From positions 1-64,000 of the IMG/VR virus record IMGVR_UViG_3300030433_002269: a stretch of 64,000 nucleotides of DNA; one strand, 5' to 3'. A program made the position numbers and the translations under genes. A model generated the notes under the pieces. It ran no database searches and was not told where the DNA came from. It saw only the letters and a list, made by a program, of their open reading frames with translations. This stretch comes from a virus (taxonomy: Duplodnaviria; Caudoviricetes). Shown one piece after another: positions 16,805 through 28,000 of this stretch. Every line of letters begins with the position of its first letter. Within the stretch, counting starts at the first letter, position 1.

Positions 16805-17397
16805 CAGCCTTTGTTGTAAACCCAGTTTATGCTAACTGGTCACACGAACACAATCAGACCGAGCCTATGTGCATAGTCACATATGACGGTAACAAAATCG
16901 TAGTTTACTCTGATACTGTGCCCGACTACAAAGGGACTACAGTCAGAAAAATAAAATGGACCCTTATCAAAGAAAGAATCACTGATGCAGTATTCAGAGG
17001 AGACAAGTTAGTCTCTGTCAATTTACAAGATGACAGAATCAAGCCTATTTGGATTGAATTGAGGGGAGTTGATGCAGAAAATGCCATACCCCTTTTATTT
17101 AAAACGACTGTCGATTTAACTAGAGACTTGGCGAATATCGATGCCCATCGCTCTACAGTGAACGATGCGATTGTCGAAACACTAGGTCACGACCGCATGT
17201 TAAACAGGCACAAATCCCCTTCCACTTGGACCAAATCCAATGCTAAGCGAATTATCCAAGATGCTATTGAGGATACGCTTACTATCTATGACCTGTGGGA
17301 GTTTGGGGCCACAAAAGGCTTTATTAGGCTGCGCTCAAGAGTCACGGGTGAAGTTGAAGAGGTTCAAGTTAACTGGAATCAAGAGGGAGAAATATGA
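16801..17397 (+). CDS. Hypothetical protein, possibly an inactivated DEDD/RNase_H_2-like exonuclease
   Basis: C-terminal DAIEDTLTIYDLWEFG resembles ExoIII; no D-x-E at the N-terminal strand. Confidence 0.45.
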   Translation: MTAFVVNPVYANWSHEHNQTEPMCIVTYDGNKIVVYSDTVPDYKGTTVRKIKWTLIKERITDAVFRGDKLVSVNLQDDRIKPIWIELRGVDAENAIPLLFKTTVDLTRDLANIDAHRSTVNDAIVETLGHDRMLNRHKSPSTWTKSNAKRIIQDAIEDTLTIYDLWEFGATKGFIRLRSRVTGEVEEVQVNWNQEGEI

Positions 17398-18911
17398 GTA
17401 ATCAACCACCAGAATCGAAGCAAACAGCACAACGACTGAACATTAGGGCCGCAAAGGCCATCGCAGAGTCGGTAAAGAGTACCCTAGGACCAGCAGGTAT
17501 GGACAAAATGCTGGTCAATGCTATGGGTGACTTTGCCGCTACTAACGATGGTGCCACCATCCTACAAGATATGGACATTGCACACCCGGGAGCCAAGATG
17601 ATTGTTGAGGCTGCAAATACACAAGAGAGCATCTGCTATGATGGAACTACAAGCACTGTAATTTTGGCCGGTGCACTACTAGGTAACAGCGAAGGGCTGT
17701 TTGACAAGGGTCTGCACCCGAATGTAATTTGCAAAGGATACCGCCAAGCGGCACGCTGGGCCGTAGACCACATCAATACACTTTCCTACGATGCAAGTGA
17801 GCATCTGAACAATGTTGCTCGCACATCCATTACTGGTAAATCTGTAGAGCAGCATATGGAAAACGCCCCAGAACTATGTGTCGAAGCAGTCAAGTTGGCA
17901 GGTGGGGATTTCGATAGAATTCGTGTCCTTACCCAACTAGGTGGCGGCGCAGACGACTCGCACTGTTTCAGTGGTGTAGTTCTACACAAGGAATTCATGC
18001 TACCTGCAATGCCACTAAAGCCAAACGGCAAGGCTCTGCTAATCAACACAGGTCTGAGCGACACCAAGATGGATGACAATGTCCAACTAAACCTAGGGTC
18101 AGCCGCTGAATACCAGAACTTCAAACAGTTCTCTTCTCGTGACACTTGGGTAGAAAAGGCTGACCAAATTATCGCAAAGTTGCCAGACGGCGGAGTGGTG
18201 TTCGTCAGAGACCACATGAATGAAGTGGTTGCCGCTACGCTGGCTAAGAATAACATCAGTGTAGTTCAGCGCATGCAAGAAAGCGATGTAGCGGCACTAT
18301 CCACACTGTTGGGCATACCACCTGCGCACACTACAGAAGACCTCATGGATGCCGCTGATTGCGATGTCGAATGTAAGACAATTGGTGACATGAAGTATGT
18401 AGTAGTCAAGGGCGAGGGTGAAGTTACCACTCTAGTATTGAGAGGAGCAACCAAGCAGACTCTTGACGAAATAGAGCGTGGTTTTGACGATGCACTAGGT
18501 GTCGTTTGTGTTGCTTACAAGACTGGTCAAGTCGTACCCGGAGGAGGTAGTGCTTACCTCAATGCAGCATTGCACCTAAGTGCTCGTGCCGCTGAAGTGG
18601 GTGGTCGTGCCCAAATGGCAATCGACGCTTTCGCTGACGCTCTTGAGCAGATAGCGGGAACAATCGCAGAGAACGCCGGTTTCTCGCTTCTTGACACAAT
18701 CCTAGGATTGAGGACAGAGCACTTGGCCGGTAACACCACTTTTGGACCTGATATTGAGAACGGTGGCACTACCTGTATGGTCGAAGCAAATGTCTGGGAG
18801 CCACTAGACTTAGTCCGTCAGGCCGTCTTGTCTGCTAGCGAGGTATCTATCAGCATCCTCAGAATTGACGACATCATCAGTCGTCGTTCAGATAATCAGG
18901 GTCCTCAATGA
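17394..18911 (+). CDS. ths: Group II chaperonin (thermosome-like)
   Basis: [52 protein letters not shown]. Confidence 0.97.
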   Translation: MSNQPPESKQTAQRLNIRAAKAIAESVKSTLGPAGMDKMLVNAMGDFAATNDGATILQDMDIAHPGAKMIVEAANTQESICYDGTTSTVILAGALLGNSEGLFDKGLHPNVICKGYRQAARWAVDHINTLSYDASEHLNNVARTSITGKSVEQHMENAPELCVEAVKLAGGDFDRIRVLTQLGGGADDSHCFSGVVLHKEFMLPAMPLKPNGKALLINTGLSDTKMDDNVQLNLGSAAEYQNFKQFSSRDTWVEKADQIIAKLPDGGVVFVRDHMNEVVAATLAKNNISVVQRMQESDVAALSTLLGIPPAHTTEDLMDAADCDVECKTIGDMKYVVVKGEGEVTTLVLRGATKQTLDEIERGFDDALGVVCVAYKTGQVVPGGGSAYLNAALHLSARAAEVGGRAQMAIDAFADALEQIAGTIAENAGFSLLDTILGLRTEHLAGNTTFGPDIENGGTTCMVEANVWEPLDLVRQAVLSASEVSISILRIDDIISRRSDNQGPQ

Positions 18912-19176
18912 TGTGCGTTTCCCTACGAGCATGAGCCATTAGCAACTTGCTCAGACGACCATTATATTTGGGCCTGTTTTTATGGTAAGGTCTGGTAGTG
19001 AGGCCTAGTGACCCATGCTTAAGCACGGTGTGGCAGTTAGGGCATTCGTGAAGAATGACCCTTTCACCTGCAAGGTAGACACCCGATATCGACAACGGTA
19101 ACGCTGTCGCTTTACATACCCTGCACCGACGCATAAGTGCGGTCACTAGGCCCCCCATTCCAGCGGCCCCCATCAT
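18877..19176 (-). CDS. Small Zn-finger protein, last gene of the late block (start uncertain)
   Basis: CRVC...CPNC; ATGA overlap with the upstream stop at 19173-19176. Confidence 0.65.
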   Translation of the reverse strand: MMGAAGMGGLVTALMRRCRVCKATALPLSISGVYLAGERVILHECPNCHTVLKHGSLGLTTRPYHKNRPKYNGRLSKLLMAHARRETHIIEDPDYLNDD

Positions 19177-20315
19177 AGGCTCACTACATGGAACATTGTC
19201 TTCCATGCTGAGCCATCATAAACGAAACGAGCATACTCGTTGAGCCCAATCACTACACCTTGGAAAGTTATAGTGTCAGTGCCAGCACTGTTGCCGTTTC
19301 TGATTTCGATTGCATGACCGTGAGGGAAAGCACCAGTGGTGCCGATTGTAATTGATGCACTAGGGGTAAGATGGAATATATTAGCCTCGTCGAACTTGAT
19401 GTTAAAGTTACCAGACGGTGAATCGGACCTAATTTCAGGATTGATTCTCCATGTATGTCTTACTGGAGTAGTCTGCATATCACGCCTTGCGGTATAATAT
19501 AGAACTGCATGTCCTTCTCTTGAGTGGCTCTGCCAAAGTGCGCCGAAGTTAGAAGCAGCCAGATTTCCGACCTCAGGTGCACCATACAGGTCATCTAAAC
19601 TGTATGTTATACCGTTGACTTCGTTGCCGTCAGATACATCGTCATTGGCACCCTTGGTCAAAGGCTGCAAATAAATCGGGCTGTTTCTAATGAAAGTGCG
19701 CCTATCGTGGATGACAGGGGCAGCGCTGTTTAATCCGGTAGGTAGAGCAGTATTGGCAGTCCAAGTGTATCTAACGATTGCTAATACTGTAGTTTGGCGA
19801 TTAAGATTTGCACCTGCTGCTGGGTCTGATAAGAAAGTGTATGGTAACAAAGGGGTGCCAGTAGATATGACAGTAGGTGTGCCGATTTCATACTTTACAT
19901 GCTGGGATGTATCATCTGAATCTAAATAGACTACGACATAAAAATCACTTAATGTAGTAGGAGTTGCTGGAATTGTGCCACTATAATTGCTACTGGTACC
20001 TACAGTAAATGTGTAGGTATTACCCGGTCCGCCTGCAAATTGATACAGTACTCCATCCAGCGTGCAATAGCCACCACTGACAACCAGTTCACCGTCACTA
20101 GCACCTGCGTCTACAAATCCGGGCGTAGGGCTAATTGTGCTGTTTCTACTCGATGCACCAATTGCTCCATCTTCAAGTCTAACGATACCGTTACCATGTA
20201 TGCCCTCATACGGATTAGTAAGTGAAGGAGAGGTAAGTCCATCTCCATCTCTAAGTCCTTGTGCGCTTGCTCCAAAGCCGGTTGTGCTTGTATGTCCTGA
20301 TAATGGGTTACTCAT
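19173..20315 (-). CDS. Tail fibre / baseplate-associated structural protein
   Basis: Gly/Thr/Ser-rich and beta-rich; C-terminal ...YARFVYDGSAWK typical of fibre modules; distal position in tail operon. Confidence 0.55.
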   Translation of the reverse strand: MSNPLSGHTSTTGFGASAQGLRDGDGLTSPSLTNPYEGIHGNGIVRLEDGAIGASSRNSTISPTPGFVDAGASDGELVVSGGYCTLDGVLYQFAGGPGNTYTFTVGTSSNYSGTIPATPTTLSDFYVVVYLDSDDTSQHVKYEIGTPTVISTGTPLLPYTFLSDPAAGANLNRQTTVLAIVRYTWTANTALPTGLNSAAPVIHDRRTFIRNSPIYLQPLTKGANDDVSDGNEVNGITYSLDDLYGAPEVGNLAASNFGALWQSHSREGHAVLYYTARRDMQTTPVRHTWRINPEIRSDSPSGNFNIKFDEANIFHLTPSASITIGTTGAFPHGHAIEIRNGNSAGTDTITFQGVVIGLNEYARFVYDGSAWKTMFHVVSL

Positions 20316-20668
20316 TCGCTCACCTCTATAATTGCTGAGAATCTTATCTCGGTATCCGAGTCTTTATTTATGCCGTTGTAAGCATAACGGAAGATTGCTG
20401 TAGTATCAGTATCATCACTCGGATTTCTATACTGAAGCACTACTTCACGGAATGGCCTAGTGAAGACTTCAGTGATTGGTACACTAGCCTCCACGAATAT
20501 GGATGTGTCATCTATCACTCTGACAGTTGGTGTAACTACAATACCGGGCTGACCTGCACCACCATCGTCTTGGGTAGCCAGTGACCCATCAAATCCAAAG
20601 ACAACTTCGTTTATACGGGCTGCTAATTGGTCTACCAAAAATCTAGTTCCTTCTAATAATAACGGCAT
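20312..20668 (-). CDS. Small tail/baseplate structural protein (start revised to MPLLLEG)
   Basis: ATG lies just after the upstream stop; beta-sandwich-like pattern. Confidence 0.55.
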   Translation of the reverse strand: MPLLLEGTRFLVDQLAARINEVVFGFDGSLATQDDGGAGQPGIVVTPTVRVIDDTSIFVEASVPITEVFTRPFREVVLQYRNPSDDTDTTAIFRYAYNGINKDSDTEIRFSAIIEVSE

Positions 20669-20669
20669 A

Positions 20670-22082
20670 TCAACCCTTCCTTGATGTTTCAAATGATAAT
20701 AGCGAAGATTGTATTTTGAGGTTAGCATTGCGGGCCTCTGGGAAATCAGACCTTCCGTGAATAGTTGACCTGCCATCGTGACCAATGATAATACCTACGC
20801 CACGATTACGAGACTTTCTGGCTCCAATCTGCCATGCTACTTTGATAGTGAACCCAGCCCCAGTTGCAAACTCTTCTCGCTTTATTTGGCGATTGAATTC
20901 TGGATTATCTGATTCTGACTTTGCTATCTCTACTTCTTGGAATTGCTGTATAATATCCTCAAGGTTGTTAGGTGTAGAGTTAATGTAAAGTTCACTGTTC
21001 CTAGCAATCAAATTGTGCTTAGCCCTTAAAACGACTTTTCTGTCATCGCTATTGCTTTTACGATAAGATATAATATCACCCGGGTAAACAGTACTAGCGT
21101 GTATCACTTCTGATAGCGTTTCACCCGACTTGACTCTTTTAGCACTGGCTAGGAACCTCTGTCCTATTCTTCTTGCACTCGCCTTGGTAACTGCAGTCGG
21201 GGAATAGATACCACCGGGTACCTCTATGATTCCACTGGACTGATTACCGAAATCGTCTACTTGCACTACATTCGAATCGTTGTTAGCACGATTCTGGCCC
21301 CTTACTACTACACGATTAGGGACATTTTCAGTCTTATCTTCAATAGAGCCACCTAATACAGTGTTCTCTGTAACTATGTGCTCTCGATTAAACTGCTTTT
21401 GATGAGAATAGTGTAGGTTGCCAAACTTGTCGCCTCTAGCAGAGTACCCGTCGTGCCTAGAAATGAACCTCAGTGCGCTACTGGCACTTGTGCCATAGAA
21501 ATCATGCGCTATGAAAGCATTACTCGGGCGCTTTAGTTCAACTGCATTGACAGAGGATGGCGTGGCCTTGATAATGCGACCTGCTAAATCAGATGTGCGT
21601 AAACCTACACTCGCTTTTTGGGCAAACTGGACATCTTTACCGTTGAAGCCAATCCTCTGCAAATTCCTACCCTTCATATTTTCCAATCTAAAGCGCACGC
21701 CCTTGTTCACATCTTCAATTTTCGACGGTACCAAGGATTCTGAGGGATTCTTAGAGTTAACGACGAGGGGTGGTAATTGACTAGAAGGCCCTACCTTTTC
21801 TGTAGAAAAGAACACTTCTTTTTCGTAACGATGTCCGTCACTTGACTTGTGTGTAAGTCTAATTGCTTCTTCTTCCTCAACTATAGAATAGCGTCTGTCA
21901 TGAGAAGGCACGAAGTCACCTTGTGTGGGAGGTTTAACCACGAATCCTTTCTTATCTTTCACGACTTCTGCGTGATTGACAGCGTTATCTACGAACCTAG
22001 GTTTACGAACACGCTTCATCACAGTGTTCTGTGTCGCATCAAAGCGACCTGTGGTTCGATTGTAACCGTTCGCCATAATCAC
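20670..22082 (-). CDS. Baseplate hub / Tal-like tail protein
   Basis: ALRFISRHDGYSARGDKFGNLHY, NRVVVRG, ASARRIGQRFL, VYPGDII resemble hub-family pattern; tail operon position. Confidence 0.55.
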   Translation of the reverse strand: MIMANGYNRTTGRFDATQNTVMKRVRKPRFVDNAVNHAEVVKDKKGFVVKPPTQGDFVPSHDRRYSIVEEEEAIRLTHKSSDGHRYEKEVFFSTEKVGPSSQLPPLVVNSKNPSESLVPSKIEDVNKGVRFRLENMKGRNLQRIGFNGKDVQFAQKASVGLRTSDLAGRIIKATPSSVNAVELKRPSNAFIAHDFYGTSASSALRFISRHDGYSARGDKFGNLHYSHQKQFNREHIVTENTVLGGSIEDKTENVPNRVVVRGQNRANNDSNVVQVDDFGNQSSGIIEVPGGIYSPTAVTKASARRIGQRFLASAKRVKSGETLSEVIHASTVYPGDIISYRKSNSDDRKVVLRAKHNLIARNSELYINSTPNNLEDIIQQFQEVEIAKSESDNPEFNRQIKREEFATGAGFTIKVAWQIGARKSRNRGVGIIIGHDGRSTIHGRSDFPEARNANLKIQSSLLSFETSRKG

Positions 22083-25000
22083 TCCCCGCTATGGTCTCCT
22101 GTATTATAAGATGCATCACCTTTGCTACCCTTAGGGTGTAGTGTCTGGCTATATCTAGGCTCTACGGAATAATCTCCTTCGTCGTCGTCAACGGACTTTC
22201 GATTAGCGTCTGCTCTGAAGTGCTCCAGTGTGTTCTCGGACATGACTACTCTTGCGACAGGGTTGGTAATGTCCTTCTTGTCATATCCTGTTACATCCAC
22301 ACCCGGAATTTTTGGCCCTTGGCTATCTGGTACAGTTAAACTTCCGGCAGGGTCTATATCGAAGACCGGAGCATATGGTGGTGCACTAGGTGTTCCCGTT
22401 CTGGCATTAGGTGCATCACTAAGGAACAGTCCATACTTACCACCGCTAGTTGCCCTGTAATAGTTAGAGCCGCTCTGAGGACCATAGTCTGTAGCAGGTG
22501 GGTGTCTAAACAATACAGCATGTGAATTGTCTAAAATCTGGGCAGGTCTAAACAGGAACTCGATTGTGCTATCTTTTTCGTTAGTCTTCTGCTTAGTCGA
22601 ATCATGATTACTATCTTGGTAAGGGTTAGATGAAGAGGAAGCGCCCGCTTTGCCCCAGCCCTCATCGCTTAGGCTACCAGCATATTGCTGCCAAGTCATT
22701 ACATAAGTTCCACCAAGGCTCCAATAAGCATGAGCGTTTGATAATTTCACAACTCCAGACTTAGGCTGGGCAGAGAAGTCTTGGTTAGTCAAGTCTAAGT
22801 CCTTGAGAGTTCTATCTCCACCGTCGTGTGCTCCACGGATGTTAGTTCGCTGACCTACTTCTTTGTCAGTGTGTAGACTGTAAGCCTGTGTAGACATAGT
22901 GATGTATTCTCTGTGGACACCATCATTGAGTTCACCTAGTGTATCAACATCAAGTCCAATTCTCATACCGTCACGACCGACAGGTTCTGCTAACTGTCCG
23001 CCAGCGAACTCTCCACTCTTAGATTCAATTGATTCACCTACCATTACTTCTGGCTTTAGTAGCCCATCATCAGATTCAACATCAAGGCGAGAACTAATTC
23101 CTTTTTCGACTTCGCCTGCTTGCAACTTTTCATTAGATGGCCTGACATACCCTGTACCAAAGTTAGGTTGGGCAGTGCTGTGACTAAGAACTAGTCCCGT
23201 TGCATCTACAACTTCGCTGACATCCATGAGCATACTTTCATTGAATACTGTAGGCCAGCGAACTCCTCTTCCGTCACCTCTATCTCCCACTCTTAACGCA
23301 CTAGGTGGGTTAAACCAGTCGACCTTTGACATGTTAACACCATTATTGTTGTCAGTGTTGTCATTACCTTGGTAAGCATCAGTTCCATCGCCACCGAATA
23401 ACTTTGTATTGGATGGGCGATGTGTAGACCAAGTATCTTTGTAAGCATCTTCAGGGTCCCAAGATGGTCTAATTCCAAATCCTCTTACAGGGAACCTACG
23501 GACATCTTCTCCACGAGTATTACCCCACCAGTCTACCATGTAATAGCGATGAGCCTCTGCTAAGTCAGATATACCCTTACCTGATGCATCTCCCGGGTAA
23601 AGTCGCCTTACAGTTGATGCGTTTCTGATAGTTCTGACAGCACAACCGAAAGGAGCAGTATGCCTGCGACCGTCACTGTATCTTACTTGTCGACCTAACT
23701 GGTCTTGATTTAATAGCGCAGTAACTTGCGTCAATCGCTCTAATATACCTACATAGGTAGTAGGGAAATCCTTGTCAAGTATACCCCCTGTAACACCTAC
23801 ATAATCCCAACCGTTAGTCTTGCCATCTTGCTGCACGAACGGACCGTGATAGTACCCTAGTAGCGCATTAGCGTCAGGTAATTCATCCCATCCTCGCACA
23901 AATGGCCCCCATCTTGGGCGATTGTAAGCCTGCCTGAGAGCAAATCTGTATCCAAAGCAATAGTTCCTAGCGTAATCAGAAGAGGATGTCATTTGTGTAT
24001 AGGTACGAGTCTCTATACCTGTATTATCGTGGTAGCCTATACAATCCATATCGAATGTTTGACCACTCCAACCGATGAGGCTATCACCATAAGTTTCCAG
24101 TCGACTTACAGCACCACCACCATGGCTTCCACTAGGCCACATACCACCAAAGTTGAATTTATTACTACTTTCGTCTGTACCTCCTTGGTGGGAAAGGTTA
24201 GCGTCTGCATCAATTGCAGTTGCTGTATAAACAGTACCATCATCACTCAGGCCCGCAGAGCCCGGAGGACTTAGCCATTTCATCTTTAGTCCGAATGGAC
24301 CCTTAGAAGCAGAGTAATAGAAGTCATGGTAATGTATAGTCTCAAAGTGTTCAGGTATACTGTTGAAGCCCTTCTTTGTTACAGGGCTATCAGGTCCACC
24401 TGTCTTATCGTAAAATGCTCTGCTAGAATCATCGCTATACCAAGTGAACGGACGGCCAAGATTATGATGCCATAAGCAAAGATAAGCGTCTGGTGTGTGT
24501 AGGCTATTCGTATCTCTACTGCCATGCATGGTTTGTGGCAACAATCTAGTTATTGCACTGACTTCAGAGTTAGTAAATACTGCTCCAGTCTCACGGTTGT
24601 CGAAAGGACCGCTGAGCCTTAATACAGTGCCGGGTACCAAGAAGTCCCAGAACTTGTTACTAGGGGCAGCAGTTACACCCTCAAAGGTCGTGGAATGCCC
24701 TAAGGTTGCATATGTGTTAGTACCTGTTCTGTTGTTGTAGCCACTAGTGTATCTTCGACCATTGTTGAAATACTCCAAAACTTCGCCGTAATATGGCTCG
24801 ACAGGGAACAAATCATTGTTATCGACTATGATTACATGAGCAGCAGAATCTACACCAATGACAGTGCAACTTGGGTTTAGGCTGCGCAACCTCTTGTGCT
24901 CCTCATATATGTCAAGGTAAGTGGTTGGATACCCAGCCAGTGTCAATTGGGCACCTACGCTACCGTAAGATGCACGGCAGAATTCGTAATAGTTGTCAGG

Positions 25001-28000
25001 CTTATGCCATTCTAAATGTTTGAACTTGTCAGCACCACTAGCATTAACACCTTCTCTATGCAATATACCCCACCAAGGTATTGTTGAAGTATAGCCCGGT
25101 GTAGCACTGATGAACATACCCGGTCTGTAAGGTAGGCTGCGGCGAGTTAGGCTTGGGCTACTTGTTTCTTGTACACCTAGTGGGTTGTAAAGACCAAGTG
25201 AAGGTATGTTAGTGAATTGGCTACCAGCGTCTGGCTCCATATCAAGTATAACTTCGTTGATGATTACCTCACAACCTCTGACATCGGCCATGGTGGCTTC
25301 GGCTAGAATAAGTGCAAATGCTCCATTAGTTGCACTGGTATCATGCTCGATTGCTACAACTGTATTGACTTGCTGTCCAGTAAGTTCAGTGACCTTAGTC
25401 CCACTTTCAGATGGAGCCTTAGTAGCGTCACTGTGGTTTTGGTGGAATCCTTTCAACTGCTGTGCGAATAGATTTGGCTGGATTACAATCTGGTATGCAC
25501 CTACTTCCATAGGGTCTGGGAAGTGGTCCTTCAGAGTGTAAGCAGCAGCGGCTTCCATTACTAATGCGTGGCCACCTTGGCTGTTGGTAGTTCCACCCGG
25601 TCCTACACTTGCTGCAATACCATATCCTTCGTATTTGACTTTGGTCTCAGTAAGTAGAGTAAAAGCGCCGCCGTGTATGTCACTTGGTCCGAAAGCAGCA
25701 GTAATGCCGGAGAACCAAATTAGTGGGTCACGCCCCGGTACTTTGTCAAGAATGTTAGTTGAATCGTAACCACTTTCTAAAGTAGCGACGGTGCTACTAC
25801 GACAGGCTTGATTTAAGTCATACAATCTCTGATAAGCAGGGTGAGCATAATGGCCCGGAAGTAAAGCCATCGTAGGGGTGACATAGTGATGACCCATTCT
25901 AGGGATTGGCATAGGTGTCATGATTGGCTCAATCATATCTTCATATGGTTTAATCGCATTTAGGTTCTCATAATCGATGACCTTCATGTCAGGACTTGCA
26001 CCACTGTATTCGCTGTGGTCACGAAGTCTGCGAGCAGCGAAGAACCTAGTGCTACCTGCTGGCATGTAGTAAGAAGGAACTATTTTTAGACCAGATTTAC
26101 CCTTTACGAACTCTGCAAAATCGGGTGCAAATACAACATCGATGAAGTCGTTACCTGAAACACTTTCGTAACTTGCAATGACACCCTTATCGGTTGTAGG
26201 GTCGTAAACCCTTAGGAACCATCGGCCTCCACTCTTTTCAGAAGCATCTTCCCATACAGATGGGGTCGGAGCAGTAAGTGCAGTAATAGTATCGGCACCA
26301 TTGGTATCGAAATCTAACTCGTCTACATCATCGCGATGGGTCATGCTAATACCCATTCTAGTTACATGGAAGTATAGGCTTCTGTCATGCGGCTCATAGG
26401 ATGTGTTCAGAGGATTGTTGTTAGTATGCTTACTCCAACCCTCATTGGTACTATCAGGGAACGATATACGAGAGCGACCAGTTGCTAGTCCAGCAGATGT
26501 TAAGACATTAGTATCCTTGACATCTTGGCTTAGGTGCTCCCAACCATTAATTTCCCAAGTAGGCCAAAGACGAGGACCAGCACCTTCATTGTCAAACATT
26601 TCACGAATTCCAAGGGAGCCTTGTGATGGGTGGTGCAATCCTCCAGAACCAATAGTTTCGTTTTGATAAGCCTGAATGCGGTCAAAGCCGGGTCTAACTA
26701 TGATGTTACCCGGTATTTCGTCAGGATTTGGTAATCTAATTTTCATATTAGGGGAGACACCGGTACCCGCTAAGGCAGGGGCTAAGCCCTCTACATCTCT
26801 GTCACTTACATGTCTGAAATCGTAGATGACAGTACCTAATGGGCTACCACCTTCCAAGCGATGCTCTTGACCAGTATCATCAGTGACGAGTAGACTTTGG
26901 AACTGCATTTCTTCATTAGGGATAGCCAATGCATTGCGGACTTCAAACGGATGCTGCTCTGCAATCTGCGGGTGACTCAATTCTTGTGCCTGTATAATTG
27001 GGAACATTGCCCCATTAGTAGTTTCAAAGGAGAATCTTACATTGCCCAGAATCTTTTCACCAACTAGTTTGTATTCACTACCGTCCTTTCGCTTGACCCA
27101 AGGCATTAGACCTAGACCCCTTGCACTTGGTCCCGGCATAGTGAGGCTTCCGCCATCCATACGCTTCCATACTACATGTTCAGCACTAAAGTTTCTAGCA
27201 GCGGCCTTATCTTTGTAGAAAGCATAGATACCATTAGTAGTATCCATGTAATAATCTTGATTAGTTACACCTTCACACTTTACACCTTTAGTGCTGAAGT
27301 CTTCGTGGAATACAGAGCCCGGTACAACCTTTTCGTCCCAGAATAAATCACCTGTTGGGCTAAGACATGAGTCTGCCTGTAATGACGGATGACCCGGTCT
27401 GACATGTGCATGCCACCATGTAGCAGGTCCACCTACAACAGGATAATCAGAATCAGTAGAAGGTATAGATGTACTAGGTGCAATTTGCGCTTCAACTCTA
27501 GGTCCAGCAGTTGCTGGGCCAACATAACGGTCTTTGTTGTGAATCTTGTCAGTATCCCATGCTACGGTACCGGCATTGGCAAGTGTAGATGTGGCTTTGA
27601 GTTCAAGCCAATCCCCTGCGCACAATATTCCATCACGGTCAGCCTTAGCAATCAATGGTAACTCACTTTCATGCGTAACTGCAATCAAGTGTCTGCTGGA
27701 AAGGCCAGTAACACAATGGTCGCCTGCTAAAGCCGTAGGTGTGTCATTTGCCCCAACCGGAGGTGGTGCACCTACACAGGTCTCTGCAGAGCCGTAAGGA
27801 CTGAAGCCAAGCAACGGATGCCAAGCACCTTTACCAGCAGGGTAAACATCACCGGTCAAACTCGGATTTAATACTTGGTAAGAATTCATGTAAGAATATG
27901 CTTCACCATGCCACCCAAGGGCACCGATTGGCTTAGTTCTATCAACTGCATCTGTTAAGCCATTAAAGTGGACTTGACACATATGGTCACGGCTAGTGTC

